The notes beneath the pieces were generated by a model, which made no database searches, had not been told where the DNA came from, and worked only from the letters and a program-made list of their open reading frames with translations. From the sequence record OR192075.1: 64,000 bases of DNA; one strand, given 5' to 3'. Below are positions 11,868-20,671 of this stretch, one piece after another. The position numbers were made by a program, and so were the translations under genes. Each line of letters opens with the position of its first letter. The stretch's first letter is position 1. This stretch comes from Escherichia phage MIZ6.

Positions 11868-12455
11868 CTAAATATCTAACCAAGACAAGTCAGATCCGCC
11901 CAAGATTTTTTCGACGGCGGATCTATTTTCTTGATGATATAAGTTAAAACATGGTATCCCATGTCTACGGGCAACATAAACAGCAATTCTAGTTCCTCCA
12001 GAAACGATTCCATTAACTTCTTTCGCCCAGAATATCACACAATCTACAGGATCATCAAGTGTCTCACCTAAGACTTGAGCAACATTTCTAAAAAACAGAT
12101 TTTGCATGTATAACGGTATAGAACGAGGATTATCATAAACGTGTTCTAATTCATCCATCGCCAGATTTTTTTGTTCTAAGGTTTGCCATGCAATCACATC
12201 ATGACCGTTATGCTTGTGGTCATAAAACTTCCAATTTGGAATGAAAATTTTTCTATAATCTGGATCGTAATACCTCATGAAAGCATTGTCCATACCGTAA
12301 GCCCCTCCAGAATGCGCTACAACGCGATTTTCTGACAATACCCTCCCGATGGTACTAGCCATTATCAAAATGTCGCTAGGCGCTTTTCTAGAGCCTATTA
12401 AAGCACATCTACGAAGTGGTTTTACTCCAAATAGATCTTGTAACTGGTCAAACAT
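11868..12455 (-). CDS. SLOG-superfamily Rossmann protein (DprA/Smf-like)
   Basis: 195 aa; IGSRK ... SGGAYGMD ... RN ... SGGTRIA pattern resembles DprA/Smf nucleotide-binding fold. Confidence 0.45.
   Translation of the reverse strand: MFDQLQDLFGVKPLRRCALIGSRKAPSDILIMASTIGRVLSENRVVAHSGGAYGMDNAFMRYYDPDYRKIFIPNWKFYDHKHNGHDVIAWQTLEQKNLAMDELEHVYDNPRSIPLYMQNLFFRNVAQVLGETLDDPVDCVIFWAKEVNGIVSGGTRIAVYVARRHGIPCFNLYHQENRSAVEKILGGSDLSWLDI
11892..11932 (+). terminator. Possible terminator hairpin after gene 24 (long loop)
   Basis: AGATCCGCC ... GGCGGATCT inverted repeat followed by ATTTTCTT; overlaps 3' end of minus-strand ORF. Confidence 0.35.
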
Positions 12456-12607
12456 AATATTTCCTCCATAGAAAGCAATATCATACTACAAGTTAATAAC
12501 AAATACAAGTATCCGCGTAGCGGAAGCGAGCACAGCGAGCAATAAAACACTTCCAGTAATTGATTAATAAATGTTCGAAACAAATTTTTATTATTCTATA
12601 AGATAAG

Positions 12608-12633
12608 TCTTCGTTTTGATCATAATTTAATCA
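12608..12633. repeat. Direct repeat copy 1 (TCTTCGTTTTGATCATAATTTAATCA) in AT-rich noncoding region
   Basis: 26-nt exact match to 12758..12783, 150 bp apart. Confidence 0.7.
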
Positions 12634-12757
12634 TACATGTAAAAACTACACAAAAGGATATCGCTTCGCGAACTCCTACGGAGTATAACATTTGTGTTAC
12701 AATATGTAGTGATTAATAATTAACCAAAGATACATTTTTCTATGTTCTAAAGATCTT

Positions 12758-12783
12758 TCTTCGTTTTGATCATAATTTAATCA
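12758..12783. repeat. Direct repeat copy 2
   Basis: Exact 26-nt copy of 12608..12633. Confidence 0.7.
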
Positions 12784-12835
12784 AACAGTATTAATATTGT
12801 GCACATGTAAACTAAAATTATGTTAATAACAGATA

Positions 12836-12861
12836 CAAAAAAGCCGCCCCAAAGGACGGCT
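12836..12861 (-). terminator. Rho-independent terminator (minus strand)
   Basis: Hairpin AGCCG...CGGCT preceded on plus strand by A-run (T-run on minus). Confidence 0.55.
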
Positions 12862-12869
12862 AATGTTAA

Positions 12870-13307
12870 TTATTTGTTGATAACGATCTGATTTCGGCGA
12901 ATGGTAACATTACTCTTAGAGATGATCAGATCATCCGGCACTACGTTAGTTTTGTATGGCTGGAAGCGAACAAGCATCTGATTGCGTTTAGACCCTTCCT
13001 TAATCTTGATTTCCATCTGGATATTGTTGCCTACGTGAGCAACCGCAATTTCACCTTTATTCTCATAGACCCACTTGCTGGTAACGTCTCCCGCAAAAGC
13101 CTTAATAACTTGCAATGCTTCGTCGTATGCGGTAGAGCTGTGAACTTTCAGAAGGCCAGCCGTAGCAAGACGGGAGCAGGTGATCGCCGGAGATTGCCAA
13201 ACATCAACATTAATTTGCTCAATCAGAGTAACACCGCCCTGGTCAACTGCTTTGAATGCTTCGAACATTGCCTTTTTCATTGCTACGTGGTTTTTACGGA
13301 ATTTCAT
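12870..13307 (-). CDS. Hypothetical protein (145 aa)
   Basis: ORF with ATG start; no recognisable motif. Confidence 0.5.
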   Translation of the reverse strand: MKFRKNHVAMKKAMFEAFKAVDQGGVTLIEQINVDVWQSPAITCSRLATAGLLKVHSSTAYDEALQVIKAFAGDVTSKWVYENKGEIAVAHVGNNIQMEIKIKEGSKRNQMLVRFQPYKTNVVPDDLIISKSNVTIRRNQIVINK

Positions 13308-13353
13308 AATTAGTCACCTCTATTGATTAGTTATTCAGAATATTAATTACAAA

Positions 13354-13629
13354 TCAGGACATTGCCCGTTTGAATGCGTCCATTATAACAGTGTTATTTG
13401 GCTTGTCAACACGTTTTTGAACTTTATTTTTAAATTTTTTGTTGATGTGGTGTTTACGATAAACAACCTTTTCACGGTTGGCGTAAGCCTCGCGTGCGTC
13501 TTTTACCATCAACCATGCCTTAGCCGCATCTTGTCCGCTGATCCCGCCAATCTTCTTAGCAATATCAACAAAATTAAGACCGTGGTCTTCGCGTAGCATG
13601 TAAACCATTAACGCTGTTTTCTTGTCCAT
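13354..13629 (-). CDS. Hypothetical protein, possible helix-turn-helix (91 aa from internal ATG)
   Basis: ATG at 13629 overlaps upstream stop (ATGA coupling); track ORF extends to 13737 in frame. Confidence 0.4.
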   Translation of the reverse strand: MDKKTALMVYMLREDHGLNFVDIAKKIGGISGQDAAKAWLMVKDAREAYANREKVVYRKHHINKKFKNKVQKRVDKPNNTVIMDAFKRAMS

Positions 13630-13826
13630 CACTTCGCCCCATTGACGATTAACAGGATAGTGATCAGCACCGGAAACTGGATCATGATAGTGCCAATAAA
13701 CCGGATAAATGCATTTTCTGACTTCCACACATGACATGCGACTAGCTGATAGACCATTGTTGAAACCAGAACTAGGATATAAACCGAAAGCGGTGTAACT
13801 TCGATTAGTCGGGAAATCTCATTCAT
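13629..13826 (-). CDS. Small membrane protein (65 aa)
   Basis: Two hydrophobic stretches; SD GAGGTGA before ATG; consensus promoter upstream. Confidence 0.45.
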   Translation of the reverse strand: MNEISRLIEVTPLSVYILVLVSTMVYQLVACHVWKSENAFIRFIGTIMIQFPVLITILLIVNGAK

Positions 13827-13953
13827 ACTTCACCTCATACATTCATAAACACAACAACGAATAATACAGTAACAGTTATCAACGCCATTTTCAACCCCAT
13901 ATTCATAATATTTTCTTCGCCTCACTATGGACAATAGCATGTCGATGCGTGCC

Positions 13954-13981
13954 ATTATAGGCATCTAAATCGCTCTGTCAA
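13954..13981 (-). promoter_or_regulatory. Sigma70-type early promoter (TTGACA-16-TATAAT)
   Basis: Minus-strand TTGACA and TATAAT hexamers with 16-nt spacer upstream of 13629..13826. Confidence 0.6.
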
Positions 13982-13990
13982 GCACAAAAA

Positions 13991-14016
13991 CAAAAAAGCC
14001 ACCCCGAAGGATGGCT
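13991..14016 (-). terminator. Rho-independent terminator after hoc
   Basis: Hairpin AGCCA-CCCCGAAGGA-TGGCT with A-run on plus (T-run on minus). Confidence 0.6.
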
Positions 14017-14027
14017 GATAGATTTCA

Positions 14028-15242
14028 TTAAGCAGGATGCGTTTCACGAATGCGTAGAACTCGCTCTAACGTCTCTCGGTCCAGTTTATGTAACTCTTTG
14101 GAATGATACATGAAACCATTGCGAGATTCCATGCAAGTGCAATCACTATATTTTTCTTCCGCTGCCGCGATTGTCTCCAGATCTTTGGCGTACTTGCTGG
14201 TTGAATAAACTTCTCGATCACGCCACTCTAACCCAGCCTCATTGAATTTAACAATCTCGTCAAATACCCACCATCCAATGTAGATAAATGAAGTTTTGCG
14301 CCACGGGATCGGGTGTACGTAACGAAACATTTTAACAACTTCCATTGAACATTTTCGGCTTGTACTTGCTGCAACTTCTACTGTTTCATCTTCGATCTGT
14401 TGATATAGTTTAGCAACACACCAGAATTTGGCTGTGTCATCGTAAGTAGCACTCTCTTTGAACAGATGACCGTCTGGAGTGATAGAAAATCCTTCCAGTG
14501 CTTCGCCGACCTCACTACCGATCAGAGTCGGTGACATTTGCCCTTCGCGCTGCAAATACCAGTTATATTTGATCGTCAAATTAGGCATACCGCTAGAATC
14601 GCCTACAATGTTCTCTGACACAACATAATTAAGTAAGATCTCATTACCTAGTGCCACGGTCTTTGATTCCACCACATCCTGATCTACGTTCATTGTTGCC
14701 AGCATTATTTTAGTCGATGCGCTAGCGGCTGAATCTTCCGACTCACCCCACACTTTTACAGTATACACGCCGTTTTTATCTGCTGTAAATTCTTGGATCG
14801 TAATATCCTGTTTTGTTTCTATAACTTCTTCGCCCTTACTCCAACTATAATGTAGTTCATAGTTGTCTGCTGGAGTCTTCCCACCAGAAAAATTTACTGT
14901 TGCATGTAATTCTACGTCTGATTGTGATGATACGTAGAATTGCTGTGGTTCGGTGATATTTACGATTAATTCAGCTTCTTCCATGAGGAAAACTTCAGAT
15001 TCTACTGATTCCGTCGTATCGGTATCTTGTACCGTTACTTTATAGCTACCCGCATTTTCACTTGTTGCGTCTGCTACAGTTAGCGTAGCTGTGTTATTTT
15101 CATGCGGTTGGTCGTCTTTTGTCCATGTATATGTCAAATTGCTGGGTAATGGTTCGTCACCCGCTACAGTCGCCGTTAAGGTGAAACCATCTCCAGCAAG
15201 AAAACATCTTTTGTTAGATTGTATTGATACTGTGAAAGCCAT
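14028..15242 (-). CDS. hoc: Hoc-like outer capsid protein with Ig-like repeats
   Basis: 404 aa; three tandem Ig-like segments (LTYTWTKD...SYKVTV; YELHYSWSK...YTVKVWG) plus distinct C-terminal domain. Confidence 0.65.
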   Translation of the reverse strand: MAFTVSIQSNKRCFLAGDGFTLTATVAGDEPLPSNLTYTWTKDDQPHENNTATLTVADATSENAGSYKVTVQDTDTTESVESEVFLMEEAELIVNITEPQQFYVSSQSDVELHATVNFSGGKTPADNYELHYSWSKGEEVIETKQDITIQEFTADKNGVYTVKVWGESEDSAASASTKIMLATMNVDQDVVESKTVALGNEILLNYVVSENIVGDSSGMPNLTIKYNWYLQREGQMSPTLIGSEVGEALEGFSITPDGHLFKESATYDDTAKFWCVAKLYQQIEDETVEVAASTSRKCSMEVVKMFRYVHPIPWRKTSFIYIGWWVFDEIVKFNEAGLEWRDREVYSTSKYAKDLETIAAAEEKYSDCTCMESRNGFMYHSKELHKLDRETLERVLRIRETHPA

Positions 15243-15507
15243 ATAAAGCCACTCCCATCGAAAATCCGAATTTAATTAATTGAAATAGTTGATTGTCATC
15301 AACCAGATAACCATTGCGAGATTCCAATACATGAGTATTAGAATAGTGATGCAACGAGGCCGAAATAGTATCGATCTCGTCTGGGTATTTGTTCTATTTG
15401 ATGTAATACATTGATTTTGTTAGACATGTAGTATCCTCTTTTTAATTGCATAACGGAACTACAATTAAAATTATAACAAATATTTCACAACTTTTATCAC
15501 CCAAAAA

Positions 15508-16236
15508 TTACTTGAGTGTGTGGAATTGGCTATGTTTAGTCTCTCGCACCTTGACAGACCCATCGCGTTTGATATAATAGATCAGTGACTTGAGGGTGTC
15601 GTGTACATACGCGTGCGGGAAACGCTCTGGATACTTCTTCCAATCTGGAGTATTAACGATCCAGTCGAAAATCCACCACGGGCAGGAGTAGTAACCACGA
15701 CCGCCACCGATCAAACAAATGGTCGGACGGAAACCAGTAAGATCGCAAAATGAATCAGTGTCATGTGCAGGAGAACGATGCTCTGCTTCGTCAGAGAAAA
15801 TGTTGGCTACCGGAGATTCTACTTTAACTTCCGGTACAACCACAATTTCAACTGGTACTGTGTGTGGTTTGGCTTCTTCTACAACTGTAACTGTAACTGT
15901 AATTGGTTCTTCTTTTTGTTCTGGTTCTTTCATTGCTTCAACCAGAGACGGATCAACTTCGTCGAATACTACTTTATCATCTGCGGTATCTGCTGCCAGA
16001 ATAAGATCGTTAATACTGGTTCCTTCTGCCGGAGTTTCTTCTTCCATTTCGGAAGCCAGTTTAGTTAATTCGGTTTCTACGAACTCGATCATGTTCTCTA
16101 GTGATAACGTCTTTTTGACCTTAATATCAAATTGTTTCGCGTAGTCCGCTAATTCTGTTTTAGCGGTTTTCTGTGCTTCTTTGTCGTCGGACGCCGCAAT
16201 AGCGCGGAGTTCTTCGAAATATTCTTTATCAAACAT
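15508..16236 (-). CDS. Hypothetical protein (acidic N-half); T4 inh sits at this position
   Basis: 242 aa; SD GGAG before ATG; no confident motif. Confidence 0.5.
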   Translation of the reverse strand: MFDKEYFEELRAIAASDDKEAQKTAKTELADYAKQFDIKVKKTLSLENMIEFVETELTKLASEMEEETPAEGTSINDLILAADTADDKVVFDEVDPSLVEAMKEPEQKEEPITVTVTVVEEAKPHTVPVEIVVVPEVKVESPVANIFSDEAEHRSPAHDTDSFCDLTGFRPTICLIGGGRGYYSCPWWIFDWIVNTPDWKKYPERFPHAYVHDTLKSLIYYIKRDGSVKVRETKHSQFHTLK

Positions 16237-16262
16237 GTTATTCTCCTGATTGGGGGTGTTTG

Positions 16263-16270
16263 TATAAATA
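16263..16270 (+). promoter_or_regulatory. Late promoter TATAAATA upstream of uvsW
   Basis: Exact TATAAATA 37 nt upstream of ATG 16307. Confidence 0.65.
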
Positions 16271-16306
16271 TTTGTATACTGTATTTATTGAGTGAGGCTA
16301 TTCGCT

Positions 16307-17809
16307 ATGCAAGATATTAAAATTCACTTTCTGAACTACTCCCATGTTCAAATTGAATGTAGCGATTCAATTTTATTAGAAATGCGAGATTATTTTAGTT
16401 TTGAAGTCGAGGGAGCGCGGTTTCAAAAAAGATTTAAGTATGGTGGATGGGATGGGCGTATTCGTCTTTTAGATTACAACGGAAAGCTGCCAATCGGCCT
16501 AACTAAAACCGTGGGAATCTTCGCTAAAAATATGGGCTATAGCGTATGGGTAGATCCTCGCTTATTCGAAAAAGAACAAGTTACAGAAGAAGAAATTACA
16601 AAATGGTGTAATGACTTAGAATTATATTCCGGCGCTAACAGGATCACCCCGCATTGGTATCAATCAAAGGCCGTCTTTGAAGGTATTCATCATAAACGCC
16701 GTATGTTAGTTTTGCCTACGTCCGCTGGTAAATCTGCGATTGCTTGTATGTTGTCTCGTTGGTACTTAGAGAACTACGAAGGGAAAGTGTTGATCATCGT
16801 TCCTACCACGTCGCTAGTGCTGCAAATGCGTGATGACTTTGTTGATTATCGCCAGTTTCCTTATGAAGCAATTCATACTATCATGAGCGGTACTAGTAAA
16901 CACGTAGGTGATCGCCTGATCGTTGTTAGTACGTGGCAATCTGCATGTAAACAACCTCGTGAGTGGTTCCAACAATTCGGGATGGTTATTGTTGACGAAT
17001 GTCACAAGGCCACTGCTAAAAACCTGCTAAACATCGTTACTGATATGGAACATTGCCAGTTTAAGATCGGCATGACTGGTTCCCCTCGTGACGGGAAAGC
17101 TAACATGATGCAGTATGTCGGGCTTTTCGGTGATATTTCTAAGATCGTGAGTATTGACCGCCTGATGGAAGAAGGTCAAGTGACAAAACTGAAAATTAAC
17201 TGTCTTTTCCTTCGTTATACCGATGAGGAATGTAGCGCGGTTAAGGGGCGAGAATATGCGGAAGAGATCAAGTATATTACGTCTAATCCACGACGAAATA
17301 AGTTTGCTTGTAATTTGGCGCTAAAACTCGCTAAGAATGGCGAAAACGTATTCCTGATGTTCCGCAATACTAAGCACGGAAAACTTATGTATGACGCGTT
17401 ACAGAAGGTACACGACAAGGTTTATTATATTGACGGTGGAGTTAAGACAGAAGAACGTGATGAATTTAAGAAATTAGCGGAAGGGGAAACAGGGATCATT
17501 TGTGTTGCGTCTTATGGTGTGTTCTCTACTGGTGTTTCAATTAAGAATTTGCACCATGTTATTTTCGGTCATCCCGTGAAGGAATCAACTATCGTTCGTC
17601 AGAGTATCGGTCGTGCATTGCGTAAACATGGTTCGAAAGACATTGCAACGGTCTGGGATCTTATAGATCATTTGGCAGTGAAGACAAAGAGCAAGAATGC
17701 TAAAAAACAGTTTAGCCACCTTAATTATGCTCTTAAACATGCCCTTGAAAGAATAAAAATTTACAACACCGACCGATTCGAATATGTCACGAAAACCATC
17801 GAGATTTAA
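16307..17809 (+). CDS. uvsW: UvsW recombination/repair helicase
   Basis: Start moved to ATG 16307 (track start is GTG); PTSAGKS Walker A and DECH box; resembles T4 UvsW along whole length. Confidence 0.95.
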   Translation: MQDIKIHFLNYSHVQIECSDSILLEMRDYFSFEVEGARFQKRFKYGGWDGRIRLLDYNGKLPIGLTKTVGIFAKNMGYSVWVDPRLFEKEQVTEEEITKWCNDLELYSGANRITPHWYQSKAVFEGIHHKRRMLVLPTSAGKSAIACMLSRWYLENYEGKVLIIVPTTSLVLQMRDDFVDYRQFPYEAIHTIMSGTSKHVGDRLIVVSTWQSACKQPREWFQQFGMVIVDECHKATAKNLLNIVTDMEHCQFKIGMTGSPRDGKANMMQYVGLFGDISKIVSIDRLMEEGQVTKLKINCLFLRYTDEECSAVKGREYAEEIKYITSNPRRNKFACNLALKLAKNGENVFLMFRNTKHGKLMYDALQKVHDKVYYIDGGVKTEERDEFKKLAEGETGIICVASYGVFSTGVSIKNLHHVIFGHPVKESTIVRQSIGRALRKHGSKDIATVWDLIDHLAVKTKSKNAKKQFSHLNYALKHALERIKIYNTDRFEYVTKTIEI

Positions 17810-17815
17810 TAAATA

Positions 17816-17839
17816 GGGGCTTTAATGCCCCTTTATTCT
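17816..17839 (+). terminator. Terminator/attenuator hairpin after uvsW
   Basis: GGGGC-TTTAAT-GCCCC followed by TTTATTCT. Confidence 0.5.
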
Positions 17840-17852
17840 ACGGAGATTAAAA

Positions 17853-18089
17853 ATGATTAGCTTTAAACGTTTTTTGGTTGAGGCCGCTATTGACGGTTTC
17901 ATGCGTAAGATTTATTCTTGTAATACTATCGAGGGATTAAATGAACTTGAGGCATATTATGAGAAGCGCAAGAAAGAAACAGAATTGAAACCTGCTGATG
18001 ATATTTCGATCCGTGATGCCATCGCTGGACGCCGTAAGCAATTGGAAGCGGACAACGAGCCAGAAGAGGAGCCGGAAGAGGATTTTTAA
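17853..18089 (+). CDS. uvsW.1: UvsW.1-like small acidic protein
   Basis: 78-aa ORF directly after uvsW, as uvsW.1 in T4. Confidence 0.6.
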   Translation: MISFKRFLVEAAIDGFMRKIYSCNTIEGLNELEAYYEKRKKETELKPADDISIRDAIAGRRKQLEADNEPEEEPEEDF

Positions 18090-18094
18090 GATAT

Positions 18095-18119
18095 AAAAAA
18101 GCCCCATCAATGATGGGGC
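18095..18119 (-). terminator. Rho-independent terminator (minus strand)
   Basis: Hairpin GCCCCATC-AAT-GATGGGGC with T-run on minus strand. Confidence 0.6.
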
Positions 18120-18152
18120 AAAATAAACCAATTAAAATCGGTTATCAACAAA

Positions 18153-18329
18153 TTACATTAACAGCATTGTTTGCTCTACGAGTTGTTCTTGTTCTTCGCC
18201 GTTCGCATCTTCACTAATCGAACGTTCTGTTACTAGCTGTAAGCAGTAGCCAGTGTGAACAACGCCGTTTTCTGTCTGGACTGCTAACGCATCCTCGACA
18301 GGTTGTTTACAACAAATACAGATTTTCAT
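18153..18329 (-). CDS. Hypothetical Cys-rich small protein (58 aa)
   Basis: ORF below track cutoff; N-terminus MKICICCKQP; lies between uvsY and terminator. Confidence 0.3.
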   Translation of the reverse strand: MKICICCKQPVEDALAVQTENGVVHTGYCLQLVTERSISEDANGEEQEQLVEQTMLLM

Positions 18330-18350
18330 AAAAATTCCTCCTGCATGTAT

Positions 18351-18758
18351 TTAGCGACCAGATTCCAGCATACGCAATTCTATAGCATTCTTGATCGCAA
18401 ATCCACGAGATTTAACGATATCAAGTGCGCGACCAGCAAAATCCATTACCATCTGGTAATATGCAATTTTCGTATCAAGCGGTAAGATCTCGTCGTCTGC
18501 TGCCATGACAACTTTCAATTCTGATTTCTCATATTCAGCACGACACCAGTCATCACTACGGTTAGTGTAAAAGTCAAGACGATTTTTCATAGCCTTTTTC
18601 TTTTTAGCCTCAAGAGCAATCGTCTCTCTTTTCGCCTCGCTGTAAATCCTTAACCACTTTGAGTATACTACCGGATTATTCAGCGCCTCCCATTGCAACT
18701 TAGTCGCATCGATCTTCATGTCAGCTTCTAATTGTTCTTTCAAATCGTTTAGGTCCAT
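18351..18758 (-). CDS. uvsY: UvsY recombination mediator
   Basis: 135 aa; KSRGFAIK and YSKWL blocks match T4 UvsY. Confidence 0.9.
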   Translation of the reverse strand: MDLNDLKEQLEADMKIDATKLQWEALNNPVVYSKWLRIYSEAKRETIALEAKKKKAMKNRLDFYTNRSDDWCRAEYEKSELKVVMAADDEILPLDTKIAYYQMVMDFAGRALDIVKSRGFAIKNAIELRMLESGR

Positions 18759-18805
18759 AATATCCCCTTATTCACACTAAGACCTATATCATATCACACA
18801 CAAAA

Positions 18806-19192
18806 TCACTTTGCAAGTCTTATGCGTAGTTGTTCAAGATCATCTGGGTTATCTATTACTGAAAAGTAGATTGATACTATGATTGAGTTATCGTCGTACT
18901 GCGGGGTTACTTCTACTGTCAGGTTTCGGACCCGTGGTTCATAGTTTCGGATCGCCTCATTGATGTTTTTTGATAAGGTATCCACTGTCAGTGGGTTCAT
19001 GTTCTCAAACAGTGATTTATTGAGATCGCATCCAAACAGTGGATCAAATGGACGAGATCCCTTGCGAGTAGTCACGATCAGTAGAATAGAATCCTTAACC
19101 GCTTTAATCCCTATGTTCTTTTTAACGTCGTTATTCCACGATCTGGATATATTGAGATCCAAATCAGTATACATCTGATTAATAGTTGCCAT
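18806..19192 (-). CDS. 25: Baseplate wedge protein gp25
   Basis: TTRKGSRPFDP.FGCDL and FSVIDNPDD blocks match T4 gp25; start moved to ATG 19192. Confidence 0.9.
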   Translation of the reverse strand: MATINQMYTDLDLNISRSWNNDVKKNIGIKAVKDSILLIVTTRKGSRPFDPLFGCDLNKSLFENMNPLTVDTLSKNINEAIRNYEPRVRNLTVEVTPQYDDNSIIVSIYFSVIDNPDDLEQLRIRLAK

Positions 19193-19200
19193 GTTATACC

Positions 19201-19830
19201 TCAAAGAATTTTAAGGAAACTGGATAGACCTGATAATGAATATACACCAGATTCCCCGCATTCGCACTTGATCGGTACTGCCAGCGTGATTTGATTTCTT
19301 GTTAGCTCGTCGATCACTTCTTCCACTTTATCCGTGGTAAGCATATCCAGCACGCGGTCAAAGTCCTGTGCGTTCAGGTCGTCTATATTGAATTGCTGAT
19401 CGCCGATCACGATATATTCGATACATGCAATTACCATCTGCATAATATCAACATCTTCTGTAAACTTAGGTTGACGAAATTTTATTTTTACTTGCCCTAA
19501 GTCCAGAATATACGGTTCAACTTCTGGTATCTGTGTGCGTGAAACATCAAGAGAGTATACTTTCTCTTTATTGCATACACCACACACCCAAGTAGCATCA
19601 ATTTTCATCTTATTGAGGCTGTGACACCATAAGAGAAGAAAAATATATTCTGCTTCGCATTTCTCTAGCTCTAATGCATTGATCCCCGTACATTCATGTA
19701 TGATCTCTATAACAACCTCTGACAGCTTGCCAGTCTCTTTTGCTGCTACCAGTTTTTGAAATTCGCCGAAGGTGAAAGCACGGGCGTGTATCAACTTTTC
19801 GCCTAATTGGATCTTGAAAAAGTATTGCAT
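19201..19830 (-). CDS. 26: Baseplate hub protein gp26 (by synteny)
   Basis: 209-aa ORF upstream of gene 25, divergent from gene 51. Confidence 0.55.
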   Translation of the reverse strand: MQYFFKIQLGEKLIHARAFTFGEFQKLVAAKETGKLSEVVIEIIHECTGINALELEKCEAEYIFLLLWCHSLNKMKIDATWVCGVCNKEKVYSLDVSRTQIPEVEPYILDLGQVKIKFRQPKFTEDVDIMQMVIACIEYIVIGDQQFNIDDLNAQDFDRVLDMLTTDKVEEVIDELTRNQITLAVPIKCECGESGVYSLSGLSSFLKIL

Positions 19831-19872
19831 AATAAAACACCCTTTATAAACACATAGAATTATTTAGTATTT

Positions 19873-19880
19873 TATAAATA
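19873..19880 (+). promoter_or_regulatory. Late promoter TATAAATA upstream of gene 51
   Basis: Exact TATAAATA 21 nt upstream of ATG 19901. Confidence 0.65.
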
Positions 19881-19900
19881 CCCGAAAGGGGGATTATACC

Positions 19901-20671
19901 ATGAATATTATCAGAATAAAACTACCGGAAGGTGTGCAGAGATTTAAACCATTCACGGTAAAAGATTATAGAGATTTCCTTCTGGTGTCAACTGAAATTA
20001 AGATGAATCCAGAAGAAGAACAAACGATTCTTGATGAGCTATTAGAAGAAATATATCCAGACGTAGATCCGGCATTTCGTGAATATATTTTCCTGAATGT
20101 CTTTACTAGTTCAATTGGTAAAACTAAGATACCGCTTTGTTTTACTTGCCCGACTTGCAACAAAGAAAGAAAAATGTTGCTTAACTTACAGATTGAAGCA
20201 CTAAAACCAATCGTTCTAGAGGCCGCAGGGCTTAAAATAACTTTCCGGTATGTTAAACCATCAACCGACTATGCAAAAACGTTTCTGGATGCGATAGAGC
20301 GTGTATCTGACGGTATTAATGATTATCTATGGACTGAATTACCGGAAGAAGTTAGAGACCAGGTTATCGATTCAATCTCATTTGCTGAATTTGAAGAAGT
20401 TGTCAAGCAGATGCACACAATCAAGATCGAACAAAAGATATCTTGTTGTGAAAGTCATGACCTGAAATACATAGGTCTTCTTCCATTATTCAAATTGTTG
20501 TTGAATCCAGATGAGTTATTCATCTTTTATCGAATAAACCATCTATTGGCAAAATCAAATTATTCTATCAGTGATCTTATGGATATGTTACCGGTCGAGA
20601 GAAACATTGCACTGACACTGGTCGAGAAAGACGTAAAAGAGGCAAATAATGCAAAGAACGGGGTTTCCTAA
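19901..20671 (+). CDS. 51: Baseplate hub assembly protein gp51 (by synteny)
   Basis: 256-aa ORF heading the 51-27-28-29-48-54 block. Confidence 0.55.
   Translation: MNIIRIKLPEGVQRFKPFTVKDYRDFLLVSTEIKMNPEEEQTILDELLEEIYPDVDPAFREYIFLNVFTSSIGKTKIPLCFTCPTCNKERKMLLNLQIEALKPIVLEAAGLKITFRYVKPSTDYAKTFLDAIERVSDGINDYLWTELPEEVRDQVIDSISFAEFEEVVKQMHTIKIEQKISCCESHDLKYIGLLPLFKLLLNPDELFIFYRINHLLAKSNYSISDLMDMLPVERNIALTLVEKDVKEANNAKNGVS

Noticed and set aside
15300-15345. 17-nt exact match (ACCATTGCGAGATTCCA) to the hoc 3' coding region, suggesting a hoc fragment remnant
   Set aside because: Match length is within chance expectation for a 64-kb AT-rich window and flanks do not align convincingly.
15719-16144. 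Two plus-strand ORFs (141 aa and 101 aa) inside the 15508..16236 gene
   Set aside because: Low-complexity Ser/Thr- or Cys/Phe-rich translations antisense to a gene with a good SD and ATG; treated as spurious.
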